Source: Azolla caroliniana | Taxonomy: Eukaryota; Plantae; Polypodiophyta | Direction: 5' to 3' | DNA length: 64,000 bases | Assembly (NCBI GenBank): GCA_043228905.1 | Contig: JBHGNT010000002.1 | Location: 11,966,001-12,030,000 of the forward strand | In this document: positions 48,452 to 59,961 of the stretch, piece after piece | How the letters are laid out: each line of letters opens with the position of its first letter | Position numbering within the stretch: position 1 is the first letter of the stretch | Notes under the pieces: generated by a model | What the model was told of the DNA's origin: nothing | Databases searched by the model: none | Seen by the model: the letters and a program-made list of their open reading frames with translations, nothing else | Program-made: the position numbers and the translations under genes

Positions 48452-51400
48452 TGTTATTCGCTTAGCCGAACAAGGCCTAACACAAGGTGTCACGGAGACA
48501 CTTCACCAAAGGGTGATTACGGCATAGGATTAAGATTCAACGATTACACCGACTTACATGGGTTACACGATTAGATTGCTTTGGTTAATTACACGCGTAA
48601 GATATAACAGTGATTACAGAACGGAAATCAAGACAGAAGTATAAACATCAGAATCTCTATTAATTATCCGCTGTCATTACAATGGGGTCCGGGCCTTTAA
48701 ATAGGTTTCCGGCCCGTAGTACAAAACGGTGCCTCTCGCACCTATTCGGGATCCGTCCGGATCTGGAACGGCATACCGTTTCCAGTCCGTCCGTCCACAC
48801 TATGCTCATTTACAACCATCTAATTAATTCCTTCACTCCGTATTTTGGACTCCTTGCCGGCCGGTAACACATGGCACGCCCGGTGGGACTCGAACCCACA
48901 ATCCCTTGATTAGAAGTCAAATGCCTTACGAACTTCATCATGGGTCCAAAAGCATGTTGTGTGTATGTGTGTTCTTCCTTTAATTTTGTGTGAGTTGTCG
49001 TTGTTGATCACATCCATTTCTTTAGGTGGATGAGTTTTTACAATTTTGTCGGTGCCCTCAAGTTTATGAAATTTTAGGTTGCTACCCTTTGTTTTTGAAA
49101 TATTATCAAATACCCTCATGTTTTAAAATTATGTTCCATACCCCTATCATTCTCTCTTGCCCTTTCTCTATTTTTCTTCCCGTCCTATCTTCTGCTTCAA
49201 TTTCGTCTTTATCCATTCTTGTCTTCTTGTTTTTGTAATGCTCTGACTTCGTCTTTATCTCTAGGTTATTGTTGTGGTCCGTTATTGCACTCTCTCTAGT
49301 GCGCATCCCTCATCTTTTTCGTCTTCTTTCTGCTTTCGTTTCCCGCTTCTCTTCTTGTCGTCATTTCTCTCCTCTCTCCATCCTCTGTTCTGTGCCTTCT
49401 CTTCTTCTTCTATGTTCTCTTCCTGCTACATTCTCTTCTTCTTTTCTCTGTTTTCTTTCTATTTCTTCTGCGACCACCACTATTTCTTCTCGGTGTGTCC
49501 ATTGTTTGTTCTACGTCTGTCCATTGTTCAGCCGATGCCACCACCGCCACTTCATCCACCCGCCTTCTTACAATCGAGCCGCCGGTTCGGTCGCTCTAAC
49601 CGTTCTCTGGCCACTCCCTATCGCCATCACTTTGTGGCATCTGTCACTATTCGGCGTCTGCGTCGCCGGCATAGTCGCCATCTCTGTCTAGCCCGTCTGG
49701 CTGGCTGTTTCCGTCTCTGTCATCGCTGTCTCCATCTCCCTCGCTTTGTCTTTTGCTATGTATGTTTGTCCGGCCCCGCCATTGTCGTCGTATGTGGTCA
49801 TTGTCCGGCGCCTGTCTATCTGGCCCTGTCCGGTCATCACCGTCTCCATTTGTTGTTGTCGCCGGCCTTGTCAGCCATATCCGGCAAATCTGCAGTCGGC
49901 CGTCTGTTTTGGCCGAGGTCCATCGCTTGGCTGCTTTGTTCAGTTGTCATCCTGGCTTTGTTGCCGTTTTGGCCGCTGATTCTCCGGCCGTTGTCAGGCG
50001 TCTTTGCCGTCTCTATCGGCCCTGTCCAACCACTTCGGTTGTTCTTCATTGTCCGATATGACTGTGTTCGTCCGATCTGGCTCGTCCACTGTTCGGGCGC
50101 ATGTCCGACCATCTCCGTCGTTGTCGTTGTGTCTATCGGCCCGTCCAGCCGTCGCCATCACTGTTTTTCCCTAGGTCGGCCGTCATCCGGTTGTCAGTGT
50201 CCTGCATCGCCGTCATTTGGATGTCGTCGTTGTCGGCCCTATCCGACCAGTCTGCACTCGGCCATCTACTCCAGCGAGCTTTCCAGCGTCGTCCGGCTAT
50301 TACGGCCGCTTCTGTCGCTGTTTAGCCGTCGTTCCTGTCACTCTCCAGCCACACCACTGTTCGGACGTCATCCCGGCTTTGTGTCCGTTTCTCTGGCCTT
50401 GTCCAGCCCTCCGGCCGCTTCGGCTGCTCCAGCCACTGTCCGGATATTTCGATCGGTTTCCGGCCCTTCTAGCCGCTCTTCGGCCGCTCTAGTTGCTCCT
50501 GTCCGATCACCGTTCGGCCTATCCGACCGCTCGAACTGCTGTCCGGTCGTCTCCATCTTCGTTATTGTTCGGCACAAATGGCCATGTCTTTCCGGTTGTA
50601 TCCGTCCGGTTCATTCCGTTTTTTTTTTCCGTTTCTTCTATCCGGACCATTCCATCATCGTGTTTATGTGTTTTTCTCTAGCCCCCGTCTGTGGTTTTTT
50701 TGCATCACGTCGTCTCATCTGACTTCTCCATTTCTGGCTATGTCGTGTCGGTGTCTTTGTCTCTGTCTGGGTTTGCCAGTCGCCTCTGTCGTTCTCTGTC
50801 GACTGCCCATTTCGTCTGACCGTTTGTCTGATCTAGTCCGGTCCTTCGTTTTTTTGGCTGTGTCTGTCTGGCTGGCCATGGCCTTCCGGGACTTTGTCTC
50901 TGGTTCCGCCATTCTGCATTGCCCATGGTCTTTGTGTGATATCTCTATCGCAGTCGACATCCATGTCTCTGTTTGTCCGGTGGTCTTCTTCTTTGTTAGG
51001 TGTCTCCGACCGTGTCTTTCCGGTGCTGTTGGTTTCTCTGGTCGTCGATGTCTGGTTTGCGTTTGCATCTCTTCTCTGTCTTTTATGGTCCTTCGGTGTT
51101 AACCAACTCTAGTTCTTGTTCTGATTCCGGTTCCGACTCTCTCCGCGTTGTTTCTTCTGGAACCATTGCCCGTGCATTCTCAGCACATCCTACCGGTCTC
51201 CGCTCCACACACTGCGACTTTCTCCGCAGTTTCCTGGTGGGCTTCTCTTTCCGGTCGTGTTGGCACCGGTTCCCTTTGCGTTGCTGTTTATCCAGCCGTG
51301 CATCTTGCACCACGCTTTTGAGAACACGCACATTGTCACTAACCGCTTTCGGAAACACGCAAATGGACACTAATCGCAACCTCGCCCAAACATTGTTGCC

Positions 51401-51973
51401 ATTCATGCATTCCTCCATAGACTTACTCCAACATATTCACCGTCATTTTCGCGTTTCACCATTTCCTGCACTTAGTCGCTATGGCTTGCACATCCGCGTA
51501 TCATTCTTTGACTCCATCTCCAAAGGGGGGTCGCCTTAGTGGTTGCCAAAAGGTGTGTTATTCGCTTAGCCGGACAAGGCCTAACACAAGGTGTCACGGA
51601 GACACTTCACCAAAGGGTGATTACGGCATAGGATTAAGATTCAACGATTACACCGACTTACATGGGTTACACGATTAGATTGCTTTGGTTAATTACACGC
51701 GTAAGATATAACAGTGATTACAGAACGGAAATCAAGACAGAAGTATAAACATCAGAATCTCTATTAATTATCCGCTGTCATTACAATGGGGTCCGGGCCT
51801 TTAAATAGGTTTCCGGCCCGTAGTACAAAACGGTGCCTCTCGCACCTATTCGGGATCCGTCCGGATCTGGAACGGCATACCGTTTCCAGTCCGTCCGTCC
51901 ACACTATGCTCATTTACAACCATCTAATTAATTCCTTCACTCCGTATTTTGGACTCCTTGCCGGCCGGTAACA
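48452..51973 (-). mobile_element. Non-autonomous partner unit: same LTRs, 2.7-kb unrelated internal region with no retroelement ORF
   Basis: Internal 48870-51555 is strongly C/T-rich on +; it keeps both primer sites (51539-51548 and 48872-48928); partial copies at 38218-38872 and 51974-52628. Confidence 0.8.
48872..48928 (-). pseudogene. 57-nt tRNA-Arg(UCU) 3' fragment with CCA
   Basis: Identical to 38220-38276, 2 nt from the LTR end. Confidence 0.92.
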
Positions 51974-51975
51974 CA

Positions 51976-52032
51976 TGGCACGCCCGGTGGGACTCGAACC
52001 CACAATCCCTTGATTAGAAGTCAAATGCCTTA
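51976..52032 (-). pseudogene. 57-nt tRNA-Arg(UCU) 3' fragment with CCA
   Basis: Identical to 38220-38276, 2 nt from the LTR end. Confidence 0.92.
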
Positions 52033-53232
52033 CGAACTTCATCATGGGTCCAAAAGCATGTTGTGTGTATGTGTGTTCTTCCTTTAATTTTGTGTGAGTT
52101 GTCGTTGTTGATCACATCCATTTCTTTAGGTGGATGAGTTTTTACAATTTTGTCGGTGCCCTCAAGTTTATGAAATTTTAGGTTGCTACCCTTTGTTTTT
52201 GAAATATTATCAAATACCCTCATGTTTTAAAATTATGTTCCATACCCCTATCATTCTCTCTTGCCCTTTCTCTATTTTTCTTCCCGTCCTATCTTCTGCT
52301 TCAATTTCGTCTTTATCCATTCTTGTCTTCTTGTTTTTGTAATGCTCTGACTTCGTCTTTATCTCTAGGTTATTGTTGTGGTCCGTTATTGCACTCTCTC
52401 TAGTGCGCATCCCTCATCTTTTTCGTCTTCTTTCTGCTTTCGTTTCCCGCTTCTCTTCTTGTCGTCATTTCTCTCCTCTCTCCATCCTCTGTTCTGTGCC
52501 TTCTCTTCTTCTTCTATGTTCTCTTCCTGCTACATTCTCTTCTTCTTTTCTCTGTTTTCTTTCTATTTCTTCTGCGACCACCACTATTTCTTCTCGGTGT
52601 GTCCATTGTTTGTTCTACGTCTGTCCATTGTTCGCGAAGGGACAAAAAGTCGAGTCGGACATCGACTTATGGCACAAACGGATAGGCCACGTTAATTACC
52701 ATCGGCTTCAAGACCTGCAATCGAAACAAGTGGTGTTCGGATTGCCCAAATTTAGTGGCCAGTGTTATTCGCTTAGCCGGACAAGGCCTAACACAAGGTG
52801 TCACGGAGACACTTCACCAAAGGGTGATTACGGCATAGGATTAAGATTCAACGATTACACCGACTTACATGGGTTACACGATTAGATTGCTTTGGTTAAT
52901 TACACGCGTAAGATATAACAGTGATTACAGAACGGAAATCAAGACAGAAGTATAAACATCAGAATCTCTATTAATTATCCGCTGTCATTACAATGGGGTC
53001 CGGGCCTTTAAATAGGTTTCCGGCCCGTAGTACAAAACGGTGCCTCTCGCACCTATTCGGGATCCGTCCGGATCTGGAACGGCATACCGTTTCCAGTCCG
53101 TCCGTCCACACTATGCTCATTTACAACCATCTAATTAATTCCTTCACTCCGTATTTTGGACTCCTTGCCGGCCGGTAACACATGGCACGCCCGTGGGACA
53201 GTACCTTGTACGTCGAACCCTTCTCGGCCCCT

Positions 53233-56208
53233 TCATTGTTCACCCAAATTGTCCAAAATACTTGGTTCAAGAATTTCCACTTGTTCTTCCGGTTGTGGTT
53301 GTTGCGGCTGTGCTTCCTGCTGCTGCTGTGGTTGAGGTTGGGACTGAGGCTGCTCCGGCTGCTCTGCTTGCTGCTGCTTCATTTGTTTCGCTGACTCCGG
53401 CTGCTCCGTTTGTCTCTCTGGCTCCGGCATCTCCGTTTGACTGCTTCCGGTCCGGTCTCCTTCCAGTAACGGTTCCTCATCACTGAGGTTGACCGTAACT
53501 GGTTCTCGTTCTTTCTCTCCCCGGATCCGGGACCTCTCGTAGCTTTCAAACTGGATCTGCGCCTCCAGCCTGTCGTCGTCCAGCTGAGCTACAAGTTGCC
53601 GGACTTGCTCTAGTTGGTCATCTGCCAAGGCTTGAAAGTCTTCGGCAAGCTCATCTCTTATGCCGGTGAAGTCTTCAGAAGTCAGCATATAGCAATCTTC
53701 TCCCTCCTTCCGCCGGTTCTCCACGTCAGCCCGGAGCAATTGGAGTTCCGCTGCGTTCGTGGCCCACTTGGTCCACCATTTGACGGACCCGTTGTCAATC
53801 AAGCTCTTGGTCTGGTTCAACCAGGCCCGCATGATATCCTGGATGCGACTTGCTCCCATTTGTGCTCTGCTTTCCACCACTTGTCGCTCCTCCTTCAACT
53901 GCTTGATGAGATTTGACGTATCCTCCGCCTGCTCTCTGTAGCGCGTCAGCTGCCCTTGATATGTCGTTTGCAGCCTCTGCAGTACCTCCGCCGCTCTTTC
54001 TTTTTCCGCCTGCTGTTGCCTGAGGAGCTCTGTCCGAACCTTCTCCGCCTCTTCCAACCGACTTCTGTTTTCCGCTTGTTCCTTGGCGAATGCAGTTGCG
54101 GTCCGATCAACTGCTTGCCGGAGCTCATCCATCCGTTCCTTGTGCTCCGTTTGCAACCGTTTATACTCCCGGTGCAAGTTCTCAAATTCCTCTGTTTTTA
54201 GTTTGAGCTTGCCGTTGATCTGGCGATGGTTCCGGTCCTCCCGGTCCTTTACCTGCCGGAGTTCCTCTTTCAGGCGCTCTACTTCTGTTTCGGCGTTCCT
54301 CCGGAGTCTCTCCTTCTCTTGCAGCATCTTCTCCTTCTCTTCCTTGAGCCGGTCGTACGCTTGGTGGCCTTTCCGTAAGCTCTCCTCGGCCCGGCGTAGA
54401 TTCTCAGCAGTCTTTTTGAGTTCTGCCTCCGCTGCCGTCTTCAGTTCTCTTTCGCGGCTCCTCAGCGCTTCTTGGGCAGCAAGCTCATCCTTTAAATCCG
54501 CAAGCTCTTGGGCTTGTGCCGCATTTCTCTCCGGAACGGTTTCCGTTGCCGGGGTCTGATTGCTATGTACAGGTTGATCTGACACTTTATTCTGTACATT
54601 GCCCGGAGTCACCGGTGCTTGGACTTGTGTTTCCCTTGTTACCCTGTCCAAGTCTTGTTCAAGGCTTCGGATTCTGGACCGGGCCGTCTCTAGATCTACG
54701 GTTGTGACGAGCAACCGTTCCTGGTGCGCTCTCTCTTCCGCCTCTATATACTCGACCACTCCGGCGATTTGCTCGCCTACCCACCGTAGCCACATGCTAC
54801 TGGTGCCTTGTTGCTGTACTGGTCGGGTCGGCTCATTCACTGTGGACTTGTCTGGCCTGAGTGCCTGCATATGCCGTTCTGGTTCTACTCCTTGGCCGCC
54901 GTGTGCTCTGGCTGGGCTCGCCGGCTGTTGAGTTCCGGTTCTCGCCGTCTCCGGAGCCGTTGGACTGACTTCTTCTATAGAAGTCGACAAGACCGGTTCC
55001 CTACGCACCGGTTCCGGTTCTTCCCTTGTGGTTTGCTCAGGTTGAGTTGGGGGTGTTCCTGCCTCTCGCGGGTACGACCGCTCCCCTCCTGTCTCGGCGG
55101 TTCTACTTCTTGACCGTCGTTGGAGGTGCTCTTCTGGCTCCTCCGTTTCCTCTTCCTGTGTCACGGCATGTTTCTGTGCCGTCAAGGGTTCCGGTTCCTT
55201 CTGTCCCGGTCTCCGTAAGGTTATCTTGACGGGTCGGACCGGTGACACCTCCTCCGGTTCTGGGACCCGTTTCTTCCCTTTCGTCGCCTTCGACGCCAGC
55301 AGCTGCTGTCGTTTGGATGCCGGCTTCGAGGTGCTTCCTTCCGATACCCTTGGCCGCTTCTTTGGCTGGGCGGTCTCGACCGGCGGCACGAGCAATGTTA
55401 TCCATTGAGCTACGGCGTGCCACAGCTTCCGGCCCTCCTTGCCGTCCTTCCCTCGTACCATGTCGATTGCCATGCACAACCCGTCTGCAATCAACACCGG
55501 CCAGTCCACCTTGATCCCTTCATAGGTGGCTATGATCATCCCTGCCCGATTTTTTGGCATGACAGGGGGTCGGGGGTATACGTGACCGTACTCATGGAGC
55601 ACTCGAGCTATCTCCCTGAATAGCGGATCTTCGCCGCCCTGCGTCCGATAGCCTTTTCCGGCAACAGAGTACTCACCGAAATATCGGATGAGTTGCTCCG
55701 AGGTTGGGTTATCGATCTGAAAGATTCCTCCCTCCGGAAGGCCTGTTAGCGCGCGGATCGCTTCCTCGGTGATGACCTCTGTGGCGAGCTCCTTGATGAC
55801 CCGGTCGGCTTCTCTGTGCGGCGGTGCCTCCATGATGGCCAAGAACCCCTCCAGTCCGTTTTGCCTGAACCATTTCCTGGCCGCTTCCGACAGCGTTTGT
55901 GGTTCCATGTCTGCTTCAAGGTCGAGGGAAGATGGCGAGGTAGAGTGGTGATGAGAGTGAGAGCGAGAGAGAGAGCGTTCTGAGCGCGGGGGTTCTCTGC
56001 GTGCAGGTTCGCGTTTGCTCAGCTTCCACTGTCTTTGTGCTTCTGTGCTTCTTGGCTCGCGAAATGAAAAGGTCTCCATGCGTTCTTCTTCTTCTTTGTG
56101 CGTTTTGGCGCCTTTTTCGAGCATGCACACGTCGTGTACCAATTTAGTATTAAGTAGCGTGGCGTCTCTTAAATGCCCACTACGTACCTTTTCGCGCCTT
56201 GCTTTCAC
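53233..56208 (-). CDS. ORF2, second copy
   Basis: Same 991-aa translation, offset 13756 bp. Confidence 0.85.
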   Translation of the reverse strand: MKARREKVRSGHLRDATLLNTKLVHDVCMLEKGAKTHKEEEERMETFSFREPRSTEAQRQWKLSKREPARREPPRSERSLSRSHSHHHSTSPSSLDLEADMEPQTLSEAARKWFRQNGLEGFLAIMEAPPHREADRVIKELATEVITEEAIRALTGLPEGGIFQIDNPTSEQLIRYFGEYSVAGKGYRTQGGEDPLFREIARVLHEYGHVYPRPPVMPKNRAGMIIATYEGIKVDWPVLIADGLCMAIDMVRGKDGKEGRKLWHAVAQWITLLVPPVETAQPKKRPRVSEGSTSKPASKRQQLLASKATKGKKRVPEPEEVSPVRPVKITLRRPGQKEPEPLTAQKHAVTQEEETEEPEEHLQRRSRSRTAETGGERSYPREAGTPPTQPEQTTREEPEPVRREPVLSTSIEEVSPTAPETARTGTQQPASPARAHGGQGVEPERHMQALRPDKSTVNEPTRPVQQQGTSSMWLRWVGEQIAGVVEYIEAEERAHQERLLVTTVDLETARSRIRSLEQDLDRVTRETQVQAPVTPGNVQNKVSDQPVHSNQTPATETVPERNAAQAQELADLKDELAAQEALRSRERELKTAAEAELKKTAENLRRAEESLRKGHQAYDRLKEEKEKMLQEKERLRRNAETEVERLKEELRQVKDREDRNHRQINGKLKLKTEEFENLHREYKRLQTEHKERMDELRQAVDRTATAFAKEQAENRSRLEEAEKVRTELLRQQQAEKERAAEVLQRLQTTYQGQLTRYREQAEDTSNLIKQLKEERQVVESRAQMGASRIQDIMRAWLNQTKSLIDNGSVKWWTKWATNAAELQLLRADVENRRKEGEDCYMLTSEDFTGIRDELAEDFQALADDQLEQVRQLVAQLDDDRLEAQIQFESYERSRIRGEKEREPVTVNLSDEEPLLEGDRTGSSQTEMPEPERQTEQPESAKQMKQQQAEQPEQPQSQPQPQQQQEAQPQQPQPEEQVEILEPSILDNLGEQ

Positions 56209-56233
56209 ACCCGTTCATACCTCGATTTTTAAT

Positions 56234-56277
<44 letters not shown>

Positions 56278-56291
56278 GACGGTGTGTGACC

Positions 56292-58780
56292 TTACACATC
56301 CGTAGGTCCCTTCGGACCCTGACCGTTTTCCTTACGGGTTGCCGTGTCTTCCTTCGTCTCTACTACGGGTTCCCCGTCGTCTTTTTCTTCCGGATCGATC
56401 CGTACCGATCCCGGACAGGTTCCCGGTATAGTGCCGGTGTGCTGCATAAACGGGTTCTTTGGCATCGGTCCTTTGTAGGGCTTTAGTCGAAATCCGTTCA
56501 CCCACTTGCCTAGTACTTCACCGGCAAGTGTCCCTATCTGATAGGACCCGTTGTATTCCCTTGTCAGCCAATACGGGCCTGTCCATCTGAACCGGAGTTT
56601 ACCCGGCATCTTGCCCATCCTCGTTTGGAATACTAGCACCGGCTTTCCGATTTCGAACATCTTCTCATTACCTTTCCGGTGACGGTCAACGAACGCTTTC
56701 CGTCGTCGTTGCTCCAGTTCCATGTGTAGGATGCTGGCCAGCCGTTGCTCCTCCAGTTCGCATAGTGCTGCTAGCCGCATTTCCTCCGACTTCTTTTCAT
56801 TCAGCCGTTCCCGTAGTTGGATCCGTAAGCTTGGTACTTGAAACTCGACCGGCATGACCGCTTCTAAGCCGAATGCTAACCGGAACGGCGTTGTCCGGAT
56901 ACTTGTTTTGTATGCCGTTCTGTACGCCCATAGCGCACTATGGAGCTTTGTGTCCCAGTCCGTCCGGTTTTCATTGACAATTTTGCGGAGAATGTTCTGC
57001 AGCGTTTTGTTGGTGGACTCTGCTAACCCGTTCGCCTGTGGGTAATACGGTGTGCTTCTTTTATGGACCACGGCATAGTACGTTGTTAAGCTTTCCACTA
57101 CCTGGCCAAGGAAGTGCCCTCCTTGGTCGCTGATTAATTCAATCGGACATCCATACCGGCACCAAATGTTTTCGTACAGGAATTTTGCTGTGGATGACGC
57201 GGTGTTGTCCCTCAGGGCCTTAGCTTCCACCCATTTCGTGCAATAATCCGTTGCCACGATGACATAACGATTACCTGTTCTCATTGCCGGTGGCTTGAAC
57301 GGTCCGACAAAATCCAACCCCCACTTCTGGAATGGCTCTAGTGGAAGTACCGGTTGGTGCGGCATCCGTGCTTGCTCCGTAGGCTGGCCCATTCGTTGGC
57401 ATAGGTCACATTCCTTAGCATACTTGACGGCATCTTTTAGCGTCGTGGGCCACCATAAGCCGCTCTGCCATACCTTTCTTGCCGTTGCTTCCCCGGCATA
57501 GTGTCCTCCGGCAACCCCACAGTGTGCTTCTCGTAAGATTACTTCTTTCTCGTCACTACGGACTGCCCGTCTCCATATTCCATCTGCTCCCTTGTGGTAG
57601 AGAGTGTCCCGTAATAGACAGAAATTGCGGCTCTGCACCGCCAGTCGTTTCCTCTCGTCCCGGTTCATTTCCTCCGGTGGCAGGCCCGTGCTTAGGAACT
57701 GGTGCATGTTTGTCAGCCACCTATCTTCTGATGCCACCGTGTCGTCCGCTGCCGTTTCCGGGGTGATACGGAATAACTCTGCGTCCGGGAATTCATCCGC
57801 TACTCCGTCGCCTGGTTCTCCGGACTCTAATCGGCTTAGATAGTCTGCTACGGCATGCTGGATACCGGGCCGGTGGAAAATCTCGAATTCGAACTCCTGC
57901 AACAGCAAGGTCCAACGGGCCAACTTACCGGTCAGGGACGCCTTGGAAACTAAGTAGAGGAGCGCCGAGTGATCCACATGGAAGGAGAACTTCCTTCCCA
58001 ATAGGTAGTGACGAAACTTTGTTACACTGTAGATCATGCCCAGGGCCTCCCGTTCCGTCGTTGAATAGTTCTTCTCCGCTTGGGACAGCTTCCGGCTGGC
58101 GTAATATACCGGCCGGTACCATTTGGGCTCCGTAAGCTGCATTAAGGCGCTGCCAATAGCGATGTCGGACGCGTCCACGAACACGTGAAATTCCTTGCTC
58201 CAATCCGGAGGCTGCACGACGGGTGCTTGCGATAAAAGGACCTTCAGGGCATTGTATGCCTTATCCTCCGTATCCGTCCATTGGAACGGTGTCCGATGTA
58301 CCGCGGTGTGTAATGGTGTAGCCAAGTCCGCCAAGTGACGGAGCATTCGGCTGTGCCACCGGATCTGTCCTAAGAATCGGCTTAGTGCTTTGGCCGTTTT
58401 CGGCGCCGGTGCCCCTAGTATGGCATTTACTTTGTCCGGGTCGACCGCAATGCCCTCCTTACTTACAATGTGTCCCAGCAACCGGCGACCATCATGTCGC
58501 TGGTCCCTCCAACGTGACTCCGAATTCCGCTATCTTCGAGCGTTCTTCTTCCTCCGGTGTCATTCGCTGGGACGTGTGATTTGCTTCCCATGTCTGCTCG
58601 AAGTCATCCACATGCGCTTCCGCATCCGGATCATCGCGGTACTTTGAGTATTGGAACGGCATGTCGTCGTCCAGTATTAAGCCGCGGTTTAGTGGCGTTT
58701 GTTGATATTTTTCCGGTACTTTCTCCGGTTCCACTTCCGGTTCTTTTGCCGGTCCTTTTTCCGGTTCTTTTTCCGGCTCT
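56292..58780 (-). pseudogene. Internally deleted gag-pol (RT end-RH-integrase 56292-58481 fused to a gag fragment 58482-58780)
   Basis: Corresponds to 42536-44724 joined to about 47599-47897; the rest of gag and the LTR are lost. Confidence 0.92.
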
Positions 58781-58905
58781 GGTAACAGCCAGAAGGCACA
58801 AATTTGTGAAGCCTGCCAGCTTGGGAAGCAACACCGACTTCCTTTCCCCAATGAGCGTAACCGGAGCCGGAACAAGCTCAACTTGATACACTCTTATGTG
58901 TGGGG

Positions 58906-59961
58906 GCCGGCACAAAACGTTAGTCTTGGCGGGAGCCAATATTTTGTCTCCTTCATCGACGACTACACGCGGCACACGTGGATCTACCTCATTGAGAGGA
59001 AAAGCGAAGTCTTCGACTGTTTTCGGGACCTCAAAGGGTTCGTGGAAACGGAAACAGGAAGAAAGATCAAGTGCCTGCTATCGGATGGCGGAAAAGAATA
59101 CTTTTCCGGTCAATTCAACGGTTATCTACAACAGATGGGAATTCGGCGTGAATTCAGTTGTAGATACACGCCGGCACAAAACGTTAGTCTTGGCGGGAAC
59201 CGATATTTTGTCTCCTTCATCGACGACTACACGCGGCACGCGTGGATCTACCTCATTGAGAGGAAAAGCGAAGACTTCGACTGTTTTCGGGACCTCAAAG
59301 GGTTCGTGGAAACGGAAACAGGAAGAAAGATCAAGTGCCTGCTATCGGATGGCGGAAAAGAATACTTTTCCGGTCAATTCAACGGTTATCTACAACAGAT
59401 GGGAATTCGGCGTGAATTCAGTTGTAGATACACGCCAGCACAAAACGTTAGTCTTGGCGGGAGCCGATATTTTGTCTCCTTCATCGACGACTACACGCGG
59501 CACACGTGGATCTACCTCATTGGGAGGAAAATCGAAGTCTTCGACTGTTTTCGGGACCTCAAAGGGTTCGTGGAAACGGAAACAGGAAGAAAGATCAAGT
59601 GCCTGCGATCGGATGGCGGAAAAGAATACTTTTCCGGTCAATTCAACGGTTATCTACAACAGATGGGAATTCGGCGTGAATTCAGTTGTAGATACACGCC
59701 AGCACAAAATGTTAGTCTTGGCGGGAGCCGATATTTTGTCTCCTTCATCGACGACTACACGCGGCACACGTGGATCTACCTCATTGGGAGGAAAAGCGAA
59801 GTCTTCGACAGTTTTCGGGACCTCAAAGGGTTCGTGGAAACGGAAACAGGAAGAAAGATCAAGTGCCTGTGATCGGATGGCGGAAAAGAATACTTTTCCG
59901 GTCAATTCAACGGTTATCTACAACAGATGGGAATTCGACGTGAATTCAGTTGTAGATACAC
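58906..59961 (+). repeat. Four in-frame 264-bp tandem copies of the Copia integrase core
   Basis: Units start at 58906, 59170, 59434 and 59698; the peptide YFVSFIDDYTRHTW...SDGGKEY...SCRYTP is repeated. Confidence 0.95.

Larger units (their letters stand above)
39007..48869 (-). mobile_element. Intact autonomous Gypsy unit (LTR, gag-pol, ORF2, LTR)
   Basis: Two long uninterrupted ORFs; one LTR mismatch seen; TATA-like cctatttaaagg on the minus strand of the LTR. Confidence 0.95.
37800..58787 (-). mobile_element. Tandem array of a young Athila-like Gypsy family with five near-identical 418-bp LTRs
   Basis: LTRs at 37800-38217, 39007-39424, 48452-48869, 51556-51973 and 52763-53180, plus a 7-bp terminal remnant ggtaaca 58781-58787; TSD GCCAG (37795-37799, 58788-58792); removal restores host LPKFSGQ|KAQICEAC. 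Confidence 0.95.

Noticed and set aside
49274-50722. 482-aa plus-strand ORF in the partner unit
   Set aside because: The strand is very A-poor, so stops are rare by chance; the S/L/R/C/P-rich translation has no motif and is antisense to the LTR promoter
51522-51530. aaagggggg as a plus-strand PPT
   Set aside because: It is about 25 nt from the LTR and has no equivalent in the autonomous unit, so it gives little support to a purely antisense-genome model
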